The position numbers were made by a program, and so were the translations under genes. DNA of 63,999 nt, counting the filler, from Catajapyx aquilonaris (lineage: Eukaryota): the NCBI GenBank assembly GCA_000934665.2. It is 4 parts of 4 records of this genome, joined end to end, with 100 filler letters (N's around TTAATTAATTAA, not from the genome) between each part and the next. Parts side by side here need not be neighbours in the genome. Positions count along the whole stretch, not along the records: positions 32,187 to 48,190 come from JYFJ02007323.1; positions 48,291 to 63,999 come from JYFJ02007416.1; 2 more parts are not named here. The stretch is one strand, 5' to 3'. Numbering within the stretch: the stretch's first letter is position 1; each line of letters begins with the position of its first letter. Positions 36,156 through 49,619 of the stretch are shown one piece after another. The notes below the pieces were generated by a model that worked only from the letters and a program-made list of their open reading frames with translations, was not told the DNA's origin and did no database searches.

Positions 36156-39100
36156 ATGCAGATCCTTTGCCTTCAATGAAGGTTGTGGAAGAGAACCCTT
36201 CAACCACTTCATTAGCATCAGTGGCTTCTCAGTTGCCTGAATGTGTTCCTTATCAGACGGACTATCCAGAATTTGGTATGTTAATTTTTTAGAAAAATGT
36301 GGTTATTGTTACTAACCAAATACTGTATTACTTACAGATCAAGGTTTGTTGCTGGATGTTGGCACCCATCTTGTAGGAGAAACGAAGGAATATCATAATG
36401 ATGTTATACCTGAAGCGGTATCACTCCAGTTTGAGCTGAGAAAGGCCATCCTGTTTCCACTCATGACTCAGTGAGGAGCTTCTAGTTAGGTATGTAAGGC
36501 AACATAATGTAATTACGTTCTTACTTTTCCTGTATCAGGGTAACTTTGGCCAGTGGTTGCCTGCTGCAGCATCTTCTAGAGAAGTGCCACCTAGTGGGCC
36601 ATCTGAAAGCACTTCAGGCATTCTTTTTTATGCAAGATGGCGAGTTCAGTCACACTATATCTCAGCCATTGTATGAGCGAGTAAGTTCTGCTTGAAGACA
36701 ATGCATCCCCCTATGGTCCTAAAAATGATGTCTTTATACTCTAAGGCTGCAATAGATGGCCCTCAGAATCTGAAAGTCGGCTTTTTCCTTAACAATGTGT
36801 TGAGCAATGCTGTGGCAGTTTCTGCACCATCCAGCAGGACTTATGGGAAGTACCTCGACTTTGAATTTCATCGTGGATCACCCATTACAGGCCAATTCTG
36901 TAAGTGATGTAGCTGTTGTTACTTAATACTTACTTGACTATTTATATGGTGTAATAGTGATTTTGGGCATGTTTTTACCCTCTATATATCATGCAAACAT
37001 CATGAGGGTTGCATAGTGGCATGAGTCATTTAAGGCGGCGCAGTACCAAAAATACGTTAACAATGCGGAGCCTTTGGTGACGACCCAAACAAACTCGCTT
37101 ATGCATGGGCAGCATAATTATGGGGATTCGACATGTCTACGCAATCGACACATTCATTTTCGGCCTAGAAATGACCTTTTCATTGAGTGGAAGTGAGAGG
37201 AAAATGGCATTCCTGAAAAGCCCATTTGAAAAACATGGCAGCAGGAAACGTGACAAAATTGGGCACGCTTCTGCACCCGAATGTATGTGCACAATTTTAA
37301 CGCAATCATATCGAATATGGTACCATTGTAAAGGCCAAACCTTTTCGCAGGGCACCTAGCTTGTGATTTTTCAGATTAACAGCACGTTTTGCGACAAAAA
37401 AAATTAAGTTCCCTTCGAAATGCGCCTACCATATTTTTTCTACTCCGCCACCTTAAGCCTATACCCCTCCACTTCTGAGGTTGAGTTTATTCCCTGTATG
37501 GAGCAAATGATTGGGCAAATATTGGGCAAATATTGGGCAAATGATTTTCTTATGTGCAAACAGTTATGAGATAGACTTTCCCCTGCTTGCATGGGTGTTC
37601 TTGGGGGTTCTCTCATTTCCTCTGATTGTCAATCAAAACGAGATAATTGAATAAAGTCTTTGTAAGAGGCTTTATAAGAGATGATCCTGCAAGTCCTTTG
37701 GTCCCACTCTGCACCAACCATGTGTTTCAAAAGTAAGCTGATATTGGTATGTGAAAATGTCATGCATTCCCACATGTAACTTGATTTAGCAGTTGTTTTA
37801 ACCAAATCATCTGCGCTATTAACCCAGATATGCTTAGCGTCCCCTACAGGGGACACCTGCACAGTTGTTACATTTTAATTTTTATTGTGCAGGTCCCCTC
37901 TGGGGAATGCAAGCGGCAAATGCACCCACATTAGGACAAGTAAAGTATGTGTGTAGATTTTGTATGCTTTGTTGAACTGTATTTTCATGAATCCATATAA
38001 TTAAAACGAGATTACATGGCAATTGGTTAGCGTGGCAACAATGCTTGATTGTTGTTGATTGCAACCAAATTACAACCCCTTTGCGCGGCCTGTTTCCATG
38101 GTAATGCAATCGACAACAATCAATCATTGGTGGTATTATGAAACTATGGATATTGCTGAATGTCACTATTGCCATGGTAATGTAATCAACAACTCTTATA
38201 GCCATACTAGGTTACATTTTCCTAGCAACCCATAATTATATGGAACGGTCATTTTCTCGCAAACAAGAATTCAGAAAAATGTTTTATCTCAATTTTTGTG
38301 TTTTGGGAACTAATATGAACTAATAGAAACTAAAAAAGGTCAAAAATTCAACAAAAACTTTTCCTGGCATATCTGGGTTAAATGAAGCCCCATCTTCCTT
38401 ATCCAGAATATGGAACTAATTCAGAATTTTATTTGGATTGATTTTTTTGTGTCATGACTAATTGTGTGCATGAAGACTATTGCCTGTTTTGTCCAGAATC
38501 TATCAAATAAAGTATAAAACATGATGATAGGAATTACAGCATCATACTGTACTGTACAAGTGTAAAGCTGCATTTGCACGTGAGCGATTTGATCGGTGAT
38601 GTCATCGCCGAGAGATGATAGCCCAATGAAAGCAGTGATTTGGGCCGAAAGTAGCAATTGCGTTTAAGAAGGGAGGGCATCGGCGATGACATCACTCAGA
38701 TCTGTTTGAAAGAGACGATGCCGAGATCCATGGTTACTGTGCTGTTGGCATGCTGTGGCTATGCACGTCACTGGCTTGTAAACACACGGGCGATATATAA
38801 GCGGTATCGCTTGTGTCATGATGTTAGAACCGCTACAACTCACAGGCGATGTCATCGCCAATCAAATCACCCACATGTAAACGCAGCATAAATGATTCCA
38901 GTATCTTATTTCGAGGAATCAAAGTCATGAAAAATGTTTCCAATCATAAATGTGTACAAAATTTAGGTTACGCAATAATATAATAATTCATATGGGTGTA
39001 GGTACTAACTTTTGCTAGGAGTAATTTTAATGGTATGGTGTTGTAGTCCTACTGATTTTGTTGGCAGCATTAGAAGTGCCAGATTGGCTGTCGCTGCACT

Positions 39101-42100
39101 ATCATCTGGAATGGCCCATCAATATTATTATAACAGAAGAGGCCCTGAGGCGGTATAAGGAGATATTTTCCTTCCTAATGCGACTGAAAGGACTCTCGTG
39201 GGTCCTCATGCAGCTCTTTCACAAACTCATGAATGCCTGTAAGTTGCATAGTTTTGCATATATAAATAATTCAAACATTTATGATATTCTTTTAATGTTG
39301 TAAAGCTGGAGGAAGGAAGGCCAGTCGACCTCACCCACTGCTTCATGATGCTCGTCTTGCCTGGCAAAAGCTGCAACATCTGAGCCAGGCTCTCCAAGGT
39401 TATATAGTAACGTCACTGCTGCAGATCTGCCAGCAGTTCTGGGTGGATGTTGCGCCACTGTCCTCACTAGATCAGATCTACATAGAGCATGTCAAGTTTG
39501 TGCGTGCTGCTTACCAAAGGTCAGGACACTTGATTGCCCTCACTAGCCATCATAACATAATAAATCATGGACAGAAATATCTCTCAATATCCCTGCCATG
39601 GCAGAAAGCAACTTATCCATAATACAGTATTACATTTTAAGAAAATCTTGTGGCAAGATTTTCCCACATAGGTTATGGCAGTACATTTAAACTTTCAGGT
39701 GACACAGGTGAATAGGGCACAGAACCAATACATAAAATGTTATGCTCTGAGACAAAGATGACAATATTAAATCCATGATGTAAAATCAAAGTGATTTTAC
39801 AAAAATGTCCTTACGTTCGTAATTATCATTGCCCTGCATACCGTAGAAGCCATTTTTGTATTGCAGTTAACTGGTGCATTTAAAACACATCTAGGGTAGC
39901 AAAGTGATAATGCATTAATGCTTGTTCCTATTTGGTCCTAACCATGGACTTTCCTCTCCATTTGTGCTGAATTCAAGATATCTTTACGGTCCGAATCCAT
40001 TGTGGCAGGGGAAATTCTGTTAGACTACCCATCTGAGAACACACAAAGACAGATATTAATTTATTGCATTTGGAAATCTCTTCTTAAAAAGTTGTAATGG
40101 ATTCAGGGCCAGTTGCAGTAAACCAAAAGAAGTAGGAAATCTATTATTGCAGTGGAATACATATTGTGAACACCTGTACATAATCAAGAGGTTTTGCCCA
40201 AATTTGCTTTCATACAGCTGGCCTTCAGGACCAGTTGCAAGATCACAAAGTTTTCCAAATTCTAGCATTTTATAGTCACAACATGTCACAAAGACACATA
40301 ATTGTTGTATGAGCACACATTTTCCCCAATCTGCAATTAAATCTGACAAATGAAGACGTCAGTTGGCAAAGGCCCCGACTACAAATTTTCGAAAAACCGT
40401 TTTATTGAGGATTCCTACTCTTGGAGTCGGGCCTCACAGTACTGGTGAAAATGAAGGGCCCAAGTCAACCAGAACAGCCTTAAAATTGACTGATAAACTG
40501 CAAAACTCCATATGAAGCAATGAAGCATACACGCAGTTTTTTCCCTCTCCTGAAAATTTTCACCTTGTGGAGTTGTACCCTTGGCAAGTGATGTCTTCAA
40601 ATGTCCTGAATTCCACCCATTTTGTGCATGTGTGATTTTCATATAGTGATTAAAAGGGATCGTAACTAATTTTCTCCAAATTACATGAGGCACTAAATGT
40701 GGTGCCATTGTGAGAATATTAACCATATCAAGTGTGAATGAGTCAGGGCAGAATAGTGCAAGCAGGCTTGTCAGGACTTCAATGTATGATGAGAAGCAAA
40801 ATGATTGCACTGCAAGTAATTAGACAAGCCTGCAAGCCTGAATGTGTTTTGGGTCTTGATGCAGACTGTCTGTAATCTGACTCAGGGCTAAGCGTGTTTG
40901 GACACTTTGATTGCAGGTGCCTCCTGAGTCGCAAAACAGAAGCTCTGCTCAAGGTGATAAAAAAGTCTTTCAATCTGGCAGTCAAGTTCCTCATGTTGGT
41001 TGAATCATCCAGCTGGAAGGAAGCTTTTCCTGACAGCGGAATTGGAGGGAATGAGTCCTCCAGGGAACACCTGACCATTTACCTGGGAAAGCTGAGGGCT
41101 GCTCTTGGGAACCTAGTCAGATACATCTACAACAGTAAGATATATTTTACTCGTTCTCTAGATAATTTTATAGCAATTATATACACAGGCCTGCAATGGA
41201 AAAACTTCTTGGAAACTAATCATCGATGCTGATAGACTAGTTCGACCCGTTGTCAAATTTTGGCAGCAGTGCCTGCCCTGGACCCCCCACCTTGACATAG
41301 TACATCCTGATGGGCGTTCAGTGACAACTAATGGTTCTAGAACCATCATGAGGATATTTCAAGAACCAGTTTGTCAGAAAATGAGGTCTGATGATGACTT
41401 ACTCCTTTTTGTTTCCCCCTCTCCACATTCCATACTCAATACTCAGTGTTTCTCGAGGTGTCATATCTCAAGGAGTTTTTCTCCTTAGTAATTGAGTTTA
41501 CTTGTGGTTTTATTATGTGAAGTGAACTAAATGGCTACAAGGGGCTCTGTTGAATTACATTATTCCTTTTGTTACATTTGTGGGGAATTAGTAGTAAAGA
41601 GATACCAACAAAATTAGACTTTCTGATGAATGTGTGTTATGCACATTTAGGAGTACAACTTGGTGACCAGGATAAGCCACAGGCTGCACATAAAGTGTGT
41701 CATACTTGTGTAGAAGACCTCCGAAAGGGGTCAAATGATGAGAAGAAAAATGTTTCCCATTTGGAGTTCCCATGATGTGGAAGGAACCCTGAAAGCACAG
41801 TAATGATGACTAATACTTTTGTTTGTGTAGCTTACACAGATTCAATCATAATAATAAAGATGCATTTCTATCAGAACCTCTCGGCGGCAATACGCCACAT
41901 TCTTCGTGGCCCAGGAAAACCTGTACCTACAGAGAAAGTAGAAGACATGCCCAAGGACTCTGAAAAATATCATTCTTATGATGATGACTTTTATGGAAAA
42001 TTAGCCTTCAATCTCACCAAGTTGTAATACAATGATCATGGATTGACAATATGCAGTGATCTAAAGTTCTTTCCATGCTTCTTGGACAACAAATTCATAT

Positions 42101-42542
42101 ATTTAATAAAGGAAAAGACTTAATCAGAGTACATAATATAGGCTCTTTTCCCATATCTTCAAATCAATTGTGGAAAATCCTTGGGTGATGGAGAACAACG
42201 GAGGTCATATTTGAAATCAGCACACCAAACAACATTATAATCAGTCAAAATCTTGCAAGAAGTTTTCAATGACCCTAATTTTGCAGGCCTGTGTTATCAT
42301 TAATGACTGGTATTTAGATATTTTTCTTTAACATGTATCATTAATGCCTCAGTAAGAGGAATCCAGGATCATTTATTGCTAAATTTTCTGCAGTGAAGTT
42401 TCCATATAATTTTTTCTAACAATTGGACATGACTTTTTTACTTTCAGCTGCAAGTATATTGTCCACTCGAAGCCATCAGTCTTCTCTCTCCGATCTGCTC
42501 ATTGTATTTGATTTCAGTGGATTTTATCAGGCAAACATGTAA
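36156..42542 (+). CDS. TUBGCP6: Gamma-tubulin complex component 6, 3' part (8 exons; 5' part not found in contig)
   Basis: Exons 36156-36275, 36338-36470, 36539-36680, 36746-36899, 39068-39238, 39306-39519, 40917-41134, 42448-42542, phases consistent. GRIP2 motifs FFFMQDGEFSHTIS, LHYHLEWPINIIITEEALRRYKEIFSFL, LQGYI, RCLLSRK, LSDLLIVFDFSGFYQ match GCP6 (MEDGEF; YKVDWPLNIVIT). Confidence 0.88.
37034..37452. mobile_element. TTAA-flanked MITE (Kolobok-like ends)
   Basis: TTAA-ggcggcgcagtaccaaaaata ... tattttttctactccgccacc-TTAA. Confidence 0.7.
37823..38377. mobile_element. piggyBac-like MITE
   Basis: TTAA-cccagatatgc ... gcatatctggg-TTAA. Confidence 0.75.
38566..38888. mobile_element. Harbinger/Tourist-like MITE
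   Basis: ~44-bp imperfect TIRs agctgcatttgcacgtgagcgatttgat...catcgcc / ggcgatg...atcaaatcacccacatgtaaacgcagca; TAA both sides. Confidence 0.75.
41184..42293 (+). mobile_element. Deleted DNA transposon (Tc/mariner-related, m44-like) in GCP6 last intron
   Basis: TIRs cacaggcctgcaa / ttgcaggcctgtg. Transposase remnants FCYICGE, LGVQLGDQDKPQAAHKVCHTCVEDLRK, FGVPMMWKEP. Subfamily name is from memory. Confidence 0.8.
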
Positions 42543-43074
42543 TAGGAATAAGGTATGTTCATTTTCAACAAAATGACATTTGCCCATATGCATGTTCACA
42601 AGACAGTATAAACTGACGAGGAAACAACTTGGGATTGGTTGTGACATGAGGTGAAAAATTACTACCCAGATATTTGTAGGCCATACTGTACTACATTCAT
42701 ACCAGCATCCCCGACACATTTTCCATGCACAGATTTGTTTTGCAGGCAAAAAAAGCCAGGTGTCCTGGGACTTTTCACCCACCCTGTACAGGGGCATAGA
42801 ACAAAACCATTTTCAAGGGCAGAAAATCTCTTGAAAGAAAAACTCAATATTATTTAATAAGAGAAAAGTATGACATGTCATTTTTGAATGACTCAGTCAG
42901 TATAATCTCAAGGAATACTGGTGGTATGGTTTGTGGATGAAATTGTTTATATGACAGCTAGGATGGAAAATTAATTCTTAAGCCTGGATGCAGCACTGAA
43001 GATAGCCCACAGTCATGTTATTAATTTTTAGTCATATTGTTGTGGACTGTTAATAACAAGGATACACCAAGAAG

Positions 43075-43300
43075 GCTCTTTTTTTATTTTTTTATTTTTT
43101 TAAGATATACCTTTTTGAGATATGCTGCTAGGGCCCTAGGCCCTCTTAGGGGAGTGGAATACCACCATCGGAGCAGGGGACACTGGTGGAAGTGCAATGT
43201 CATCAAGTTGGGGGCCGTGTGCAGTCCCTCAGGGGGCCCGTTCGAAGAAGGCTCGCAATATGCATGCATGCATGTATTGATACCTCTTGGATAAACCCTA
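43075..43300 (-). mobile_element. 3' tail of a SINE/LINE
   Basis: T-rich end followed by aggggagtggaataccaccat, the reverse complement of the tail motif in SINEs at 49311 and 59375. Confidence 0.55.
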
Positions 43301-43851
43301 GGGTAGAAATAGTAGGTCTATAACAACATGAGCCCTTTCAAGAAGGTACTCGTGCATTTTCAGTGAAGAAGAAAATGTCCAGTGGGTCCCCCTAACAGAC
43401 CGTCAACACATTAGATGACACACTGGCGTGTGGTTAACAAGTGAGAAGGAGCAAGTTGGCAACTTTCTAGTGGGAAAGGACAACTATTGAAACTAGATTT
43501 TGGATGTGGTTTCGTGTGTCACAGTGTGGTCCAAGTTGTAAACTGTTTCTTGCTTTAATCCAAATGGTTGCAGTATTTTGACACTTTGCAAGAGAGCGCT
43601 TTATTTTCGTCACCAACTACTTCACTGTGTCTCAATTGTTTCAATGCAAGTAATTTATTTAATATTGCAGTTTGCTGCTTCTAATGCTACAATTAAACTA
43701 AATTATTGCCAAAGTTGTTCTGTAATCCTTCAAACAAACCAATAAAGTTGCATTCCTGTGAACTGGAGAATCATTTTAATAGTTGTGTCATTTGACCCTT
43801 GCTGCCTCATTAATAATGAGCTTTTCATTGTTTTCAGCCAGGTGACATGTA

Positions 43852-44227
43852 CAGTACCGTTCATAAAGAATGGTATTACTCTAGATGGACGAAATGTGTA
43901 TTCTCTTCCCAACACCTGTTTTGCCAGCATGTTTTTAGGGGTCACGAGGAAGTCCGGGAAGAGGGAATCAAAATAAAATAAAGAAGAGAAGAGAAAAACA
44001 ACGTTAAGTAGGAAAATTTTAGGGGACATCAAATCTACGCAAGCATCGCACTGGGTTTAACATTTTGGTCCGTAAAATTTTTATTTAAAAATCGGGATGG
44101 GTCAAACGAGTCACCAGAAGTCCAGAAAAGGTTTACCGTTTTGTCGAATTAAGGTTGGGAATAATGCTCGATAATCAGGATAAACATTTCGTCCATAGAG
44201 TCGTACCATTCTTTATGAGCGGGACTG
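43852..44227. mobile_element. Tc1/mariner-type MITE
   Basis: TA-cagtaccgttcataaagaatggta...tggacgaaatgt / acatttcgtcca...taccattctttatgagcgggactg-TA. Confidence 0.8.
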
Positions 44228-44569
44228 TACAGTGTATAAGGATCCTTTGCAAATATTTCAGTTATTTACATATACATATACATATACATATTACATTTAC
44301 ATATACAGTCTCTTCCTGGGTCTCTGCCTCATTTCACCCCAGTTAACAAGGCCCTGCCACCTGAGGGCCATACCTACTGGGGTAAACCTTGAAAAACCAA
44401 CCAACCAACCAAGTAGCCCTCCTCTTTTTGTATCACCTCTTCTGCTCTAAACTGGTGTCAGTATATGTTGTTTATCACCCATCTTGGAGTCTGCTTTCCT
44501 ACTTGAACCTGCGTTCTGAGCTTATCCGGATCTGATCTGAGGTTGGGTCAGACAGTATGCAAATTCCCC

Positions 44570-44650
44570 TCCTCCAAAAAATTCAAGTCTGCATCACCTG
44601 CAGTGAAAGTCATGGTCACAGTGTTTTGGGACGGCCAAGGGGTCCTCTTA
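44570..44650 (+). pseudogene. Mariner transposase fragment
   Basis: PPKKFKSASPAVKVMVTVFWDGQGVLL. Confidence 0.7.
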
Positions 44651-45328
44651 CAGTTAGCGGATTTGCCTGGTTGTCTGGTTGACAAGATTTAATCTTTCTT
44701 CAAAACATCTGCTTGCCTTCTCCGAGGCGATTTTATATTGTAAATTCTTACTACTGTTATTCTTTGTTAGAAATGGGTACTCATAACAATGTATAAATTG
44801 TATGTGCAGTATACAGAGGAGAAGCGGCCTAAAAGGGCTTTTTTTGTTCACTGAGCAAAGAAACATTACGTACTATCATGTGATAATGTGAACATCTCCA
44901 TTTCAGTGTCTAGAATGCTTTCAACACCAGCCAGTACTACGAACGTTATATGAGCCAGATGATGCCACCATTTGTCTCACTCTTCACCAAAGACTGCCCA
45001 AGTCTCTTAAAAAGTTTCCCATGTTTCTCTCTGATCACAGTCCCAATTAAAAAATTAAGATACCTTACAATTTGATGCTCCTCGTGCCACTAAATAGTAC
45101 AAAATACGAAAGAGAAGCAGACTTTCCAAAAATCTTATTTACATATATATTTCTTTAAATTATATGACTCAGCATCAGGAACAATAATGTTATTGAATAA
45201 TTTATGTTGCAATCGACTTGTAAAGTCACAGATGAAGATGTTATATGAAACACAAGAAACACTATATCATGGGTACATACAAGAGAAATATATTGGTAAA
45301 GTTCAATTTTGGCGATTTTGAGTTAGTA

Positions 45329-46087
45329 CGAGGTCCATTCCATATTGATTACAATTTATTTTTTTGCCACAAATACAGGGCCCATGCACGTCAACAGATA
45401 GGCACACACTATTGAAAGAATCCTCCTGGAACCAAATGAGTCATGGGTGCGGCAACCTCTCCAAGTCCTCCAGGACCACTTGTGGTAGTGCAGTGCACAC
45501 ACCTCTGGACAACTGGATGCAGTCAACAAAGCCCTCGAAATGGCGTCGGCAAAGGAGTTTTTACATGGATCCTAATCGGTGAAAGTCGCAAGAGGCCAAG
45601 AAGGGGGAGTACAGCATGTGTGGAAGCACCTAAAGCCAGATCCATGAAAAAACCCCTTCACAGACGTAATTTCGAGGACATTGTTGGCTGTGAGCAGTTG
45701 TCCGGGAGTGGGTGTGATGCACCACCAAAAAGTGGTCCTGGAGGGCCTAGAGAGATTGGTACACCGCTGATGGAAGGACTTCATATCAGCTGACTGGATT
45801 TGGGAAGGGTAGGGATACGCTTTACCAACCTACCGCAAGACCTAACTTTCCTTTCCGGCGGATACAGACCTATCTTCAGCAGATACAGGCCTATTTTCAG
45901 CAGATACAAGCCTAGTAAAGTAGGTAAAAGTGCAGGGTTAGTCTATATGAAAGTGTAGCCCCCACAACTCCTGTGCATTCGGCTCCAGGGGAGTTCTACC
46001 GATAATGTGTTCATATCTGCCGACCTGCATGGGCCGTGTATTTGTGACAAAAAAAATTAATTGTAAATCATTTTGGAATGACTCCCA
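45329..46087 (+). mobile_element. Internally deleted mariner element
   Basis: Imperfect TIRs with TA; remnants KKPLHRRNFED...VVREWV...LEGLERLVHR; same family as 32558-32747. Confidence 0.7.
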
Positions 46088-47286
46088 TACATCCCTAAGT
46101 GCAATTTCTCTGCTATATTGCCTGGTGAAATCAATTCATAATCAGCTAGCAAGCCAATTTTCTGCATTCACTAACATGTAAATAAAAAGTGCAAATCTCT
46201 GCTGTGGATTATCTCACAACAGGGTTTTGAATTTAGTGATACTCGTATGCCCATGATATGAAATTCATAATGATGTAAACATCTTCTTGATTGAGACAAC
46301 TTCACCTTGAGATCGCAGTTATTCGCTCTGCAAATTCAACACAAAGTCACAATTTTTCCATTTTAACCTTACATGATAACACTCACCTTGTACTTTCTCA
46401 AAGTAAGCATCAGTTTCTGCAGTCTCATTCAAATCTTTCCTCAGCCCCTTGTCAATGGGCAATTCAAAATCCGGACCATAGGCTTCAAAAAACTGCCATA
46501 TCGAATAAAAAAATGTTAGCAGTGTAAGTTGCTATGAATAACCTTAACCGTTGCGCGGGACTTACCCTGTGACACGGGATCTCACTTGACAAAGTGAAGT
46601 TGGTTGCAACTGAAGTTAGGTATGTCCAGCACCTAGCAGTGTTGGATATGTTATAACCACCTGTGCAAAAGAAAATCAATCATTGGAATTTCTTAGTATA
46701 CAGAGGGTGCGGAAATTTAAAATACCATAATTTTGGGGAATAGTAGAGGGGTTCTAGGCAATCATTTTAAGTGACGGTATCGGGGTCTCAGCAGCCTAGT
46801 TGCCAAGATAATGGGCCTCAAACAGAAGGTATAAAATATGCCGGCAGGTGTGCGAGCGATCTTACCTTTTTCATTACAATATTAGATGTTTCAATGCCAT
46901 TTAAATTTAGGTATATAGTCTGGTGACCCGGGGTAGCTTGACCCCTGGGGTAACTGGTTGTTTACTGCTATCCTCTTACATATGCTGCCATGGTGATTGT
47001 CCCCGGGATAGCTTACCCGGGGTCATCAGACTAGGGGCCTTAATATACGACCCCATTAGGGATAGCAGGCAATGGCCTACTAGGGGATGGAAGTGTCATG
47101 GGCAGTGCGTGGCATAGAAGTTGGCATGATGAACTCTTAATTTAATGGTAATTATTATCTTAACTAGGCTGAAGGGACCAGCAAAATCTATGTCTGGTGA
47201 AAAGCGGAATAAGACCCGACCAAACGAAGGTTATGGGGACGAGATTTGAACCCCGGACCTCCCGCTTGGCTGGCCAGTAGCATATA

Positions 47287-47709
47287 CAGGGTGTATCTGA
47301 ACTCAGTGCCCCGATGTATATGACTGCCTTCCTAGCCACCAGAGGATCGATTTAAGTATAGGAATCATTATGTTTGGGCGCCGCATTACGGAGATAATTG
47401 GCCGCAAACATGTAGTACAAAATATCCTGTCGGTTAGGCCACCCATCGAACCCTCCCCCAGTCAGAAGGCTCTGGAACGTCTGGGGGCGGGACTTTGTTG
47501 GTTTTTGCCCACAGGTGGTAAGGCCTCTTTGGCTAGTTACACCAGAAGATTCTATTTAAAAGTCAGAAGGAGCGATTAGGCAAAGATCGCTAAAGAGTGT
47601 ATCTCCGTAATGCGGCGGCCAAACATAGTGATTCCTATACTTAAATCGATCCTCTGGTGGCTAGGAAGGCAGTCATATACGTCGGGGCACTGAGTTCAGA
47701 TACACCCTG
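47287..47709. mobile_element. Tc1/mariner-type MITE (~110-bp TIRs) inserted into a minus-strand tRNA-SINE head
   Basis: TA-cagggtgtatctgaactcagtgccccga ... tcggggcactgagttcagatacaccctg-TA. The flanks rejoin as gagatttgaaccccggacctcccgc...tagtcactagaccacc (reverse B and A boxes). Confidence 0.9.
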
Positions 47710-48190
47710 TATAGTCACTAGACCACCATGCCCCTCTAGGTTGCTTTAGTGAACTTACAGGAAATTTTGTTCGGAGCTGTTATTTTTATGTAGCTTGTTG
47801 AGCCCCGACCCAGGTGCCCTCTACAGCAACTGCTACATTCGACCACCTAGAAATAATTTGGCACCTGGATCAGGGTGCAACATGCTAGAAAAAATCACTA
47901 CTTTGGACAATATTAGCAATAACTAAAAGCAAGCCTGACACTTGGAACACACAGTGCACGTGAATGTGTGTGGTGTGTGTCTATGGAACGCAAAAAGAAT
48001 GTCCGCAAGATTCTTCGTTCATCCTGGCGGCTAGTCAATCCATTGAACAGGTGTGTACACACACGTGTGTGTACGTCCGTGCTTATCTGCTGGTTTTTTT
48101 TCCTCCTCCCTTATCTACCCTTCTCCAGCACGAGCCACCTTATCTGTCTTTGTAACCTAGCTATCTCAAAAGTGCAAGGCAATGTGTGTC

Positions 48191-48290
48191 NNNNNNNNNN
48201 NNNNNNNNNNNNNNNNNNNNNNNNNNNNNNNNNNTTAATTAATTAANNNNNNNNNNNNNNNNNNNNNNNNNNNNNNNNNNNNNNNNNNNN
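48191..48290. other. Artificial contig spacer
   Basis: N44-TTAATTAATTAA-N44. Confidence 0.97.
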
Positions 48291-48454
48291 AGTGCGACCA
48301 AGGGACCGCGGCCGTGACCGGTGAGCAGGGTCTTGTGGATTCCGGAACATTGCCAAATCAACATGTCCGTAACCTGGCAGCGCCCAGAATTACCAACACA
48401 TAAACACAAAAGCACATAAACAGTCGCGACATTACTTTTGCGGTCAATAGTACG

Positions 48455-48675
48455 GGAGTGACAGTTTATACGGTAAGCGACAATTTGTACGTTAAGCGAC
48501 AGTTTATATAGTATAAACTGTCGCTTACCGTATAAACTTTATACGGTAAGCGACAGTTTGTACTGGGAACGACAGTTTCACGGTGAGCGACAGTTTATAC
48601 GGTAAGCGACAGTTTGTCCGGGAAGCGACAGTGTGTACGGCAGTGACATTGAGTACGGGAAGCGAAAGTTTGTAC
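48455..48675. repeat. 19-bp minisatellite with a short internal inversion
   Basis: Unit acagtttatacggtaagcg; inverted stretch gtataaactgtcgcttaccgtataaact at ~48511-48538. Confidence 0.85.
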
Positions 48676-49310
48676 CTGTAGGGAGCAATATCGCTCCTTA
48701 TCAGCAATATCGCACGTTTTGATCCGGTTTTAGCACCTTTAGCATATGCCCTATCAACAATAGACCATATGTGACTATTTACGTACAAGTGTGATCCAAA
48801 TAGGACAGGTAGGTCAGTGACCCAGGTGCAAAAGGTGCAGGTGGCTCGCGTGGGAAGACTAAGAAAGGCGTAAGAAACTTTGGTCCTAACAAGAAATTAG
48901 GTGGCGCCTATCCAAGGTGAGCGTCTTGGCCAAGGTTGGGTTTTGATTTGTTTTGACCTGAATGTGAACGGCCTCTCTGAAATTGTAGTAAAAACTGCCA
49001 AGTGTGACCATCTTGGTGACATTACAAGAGAAGTGGAACCCCAAAGTTCCGGCAACACTTGGCAGACATTGAACCTGGTTGGAAGCCAAGAAACGCATCT
49101 CGCAACAACCGGGATCAACAAAATAGACCCGGGTGCAAAGTATCCAGAGTTTATTTTTAGAGGGACAAAATGACTGAATTTTTTGGAACCGATTGGGTCA
49201 CTGACCTAGCTTAATTGGTCAGGTGAGCGGGATTCGGTGATGGGTATACCTATACATGGCTACTGTAACGCCTACTTGCGATTGGATAGAGAGAAAAAAT
49301 GGGAGGTTAT

Positions 49311-49566
49311 TTTTTTTAAAATTTATTATGCCCATTGGGAGAATCGGCGCTCCATCAGGGGGGCGGAGTACCACCATTAGATTGCTCCAAAGATAGGAAG
49401 GAAGGAGGCGGCTGTGGCATATTATACAGAAACAACCCCGGAATTATCCCGGGGGGACCGTCGAAAACCACAGAAAACCATTCAAGGTTGCCGGCACCAG
49501 GATTCGAACCCATGACCTTCCGATTAGCAGTCGGGCTTCTTAACCACCACACCAACTTGCTTCGGT
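49311..49566 (-). mobile_element. tRNA-derived SINE (family B)
   Basis: Minus strand: gttggtgtggtggttaagaagcccgactgctaatcggaaggtcatgggttcgaatcc (A and B boxes), tail atggtggtactccgccccc...cccaatgggcataataaat. Confidence 0.85.
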
Positions 49567-49619
49567 AAAATAATAATAATATGGGAGGTTATGATTTATA
49601 TGGGGGTCAGAAGTGGCGA

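Noticed and set aside
49500..49566. tRNA-like sequences here and at 24966, 55772, 59375, 63809
   Set aside because: They continue into SINE bodies with A-rich tails (TSDs seen for three copies); no complete cloverleaf.
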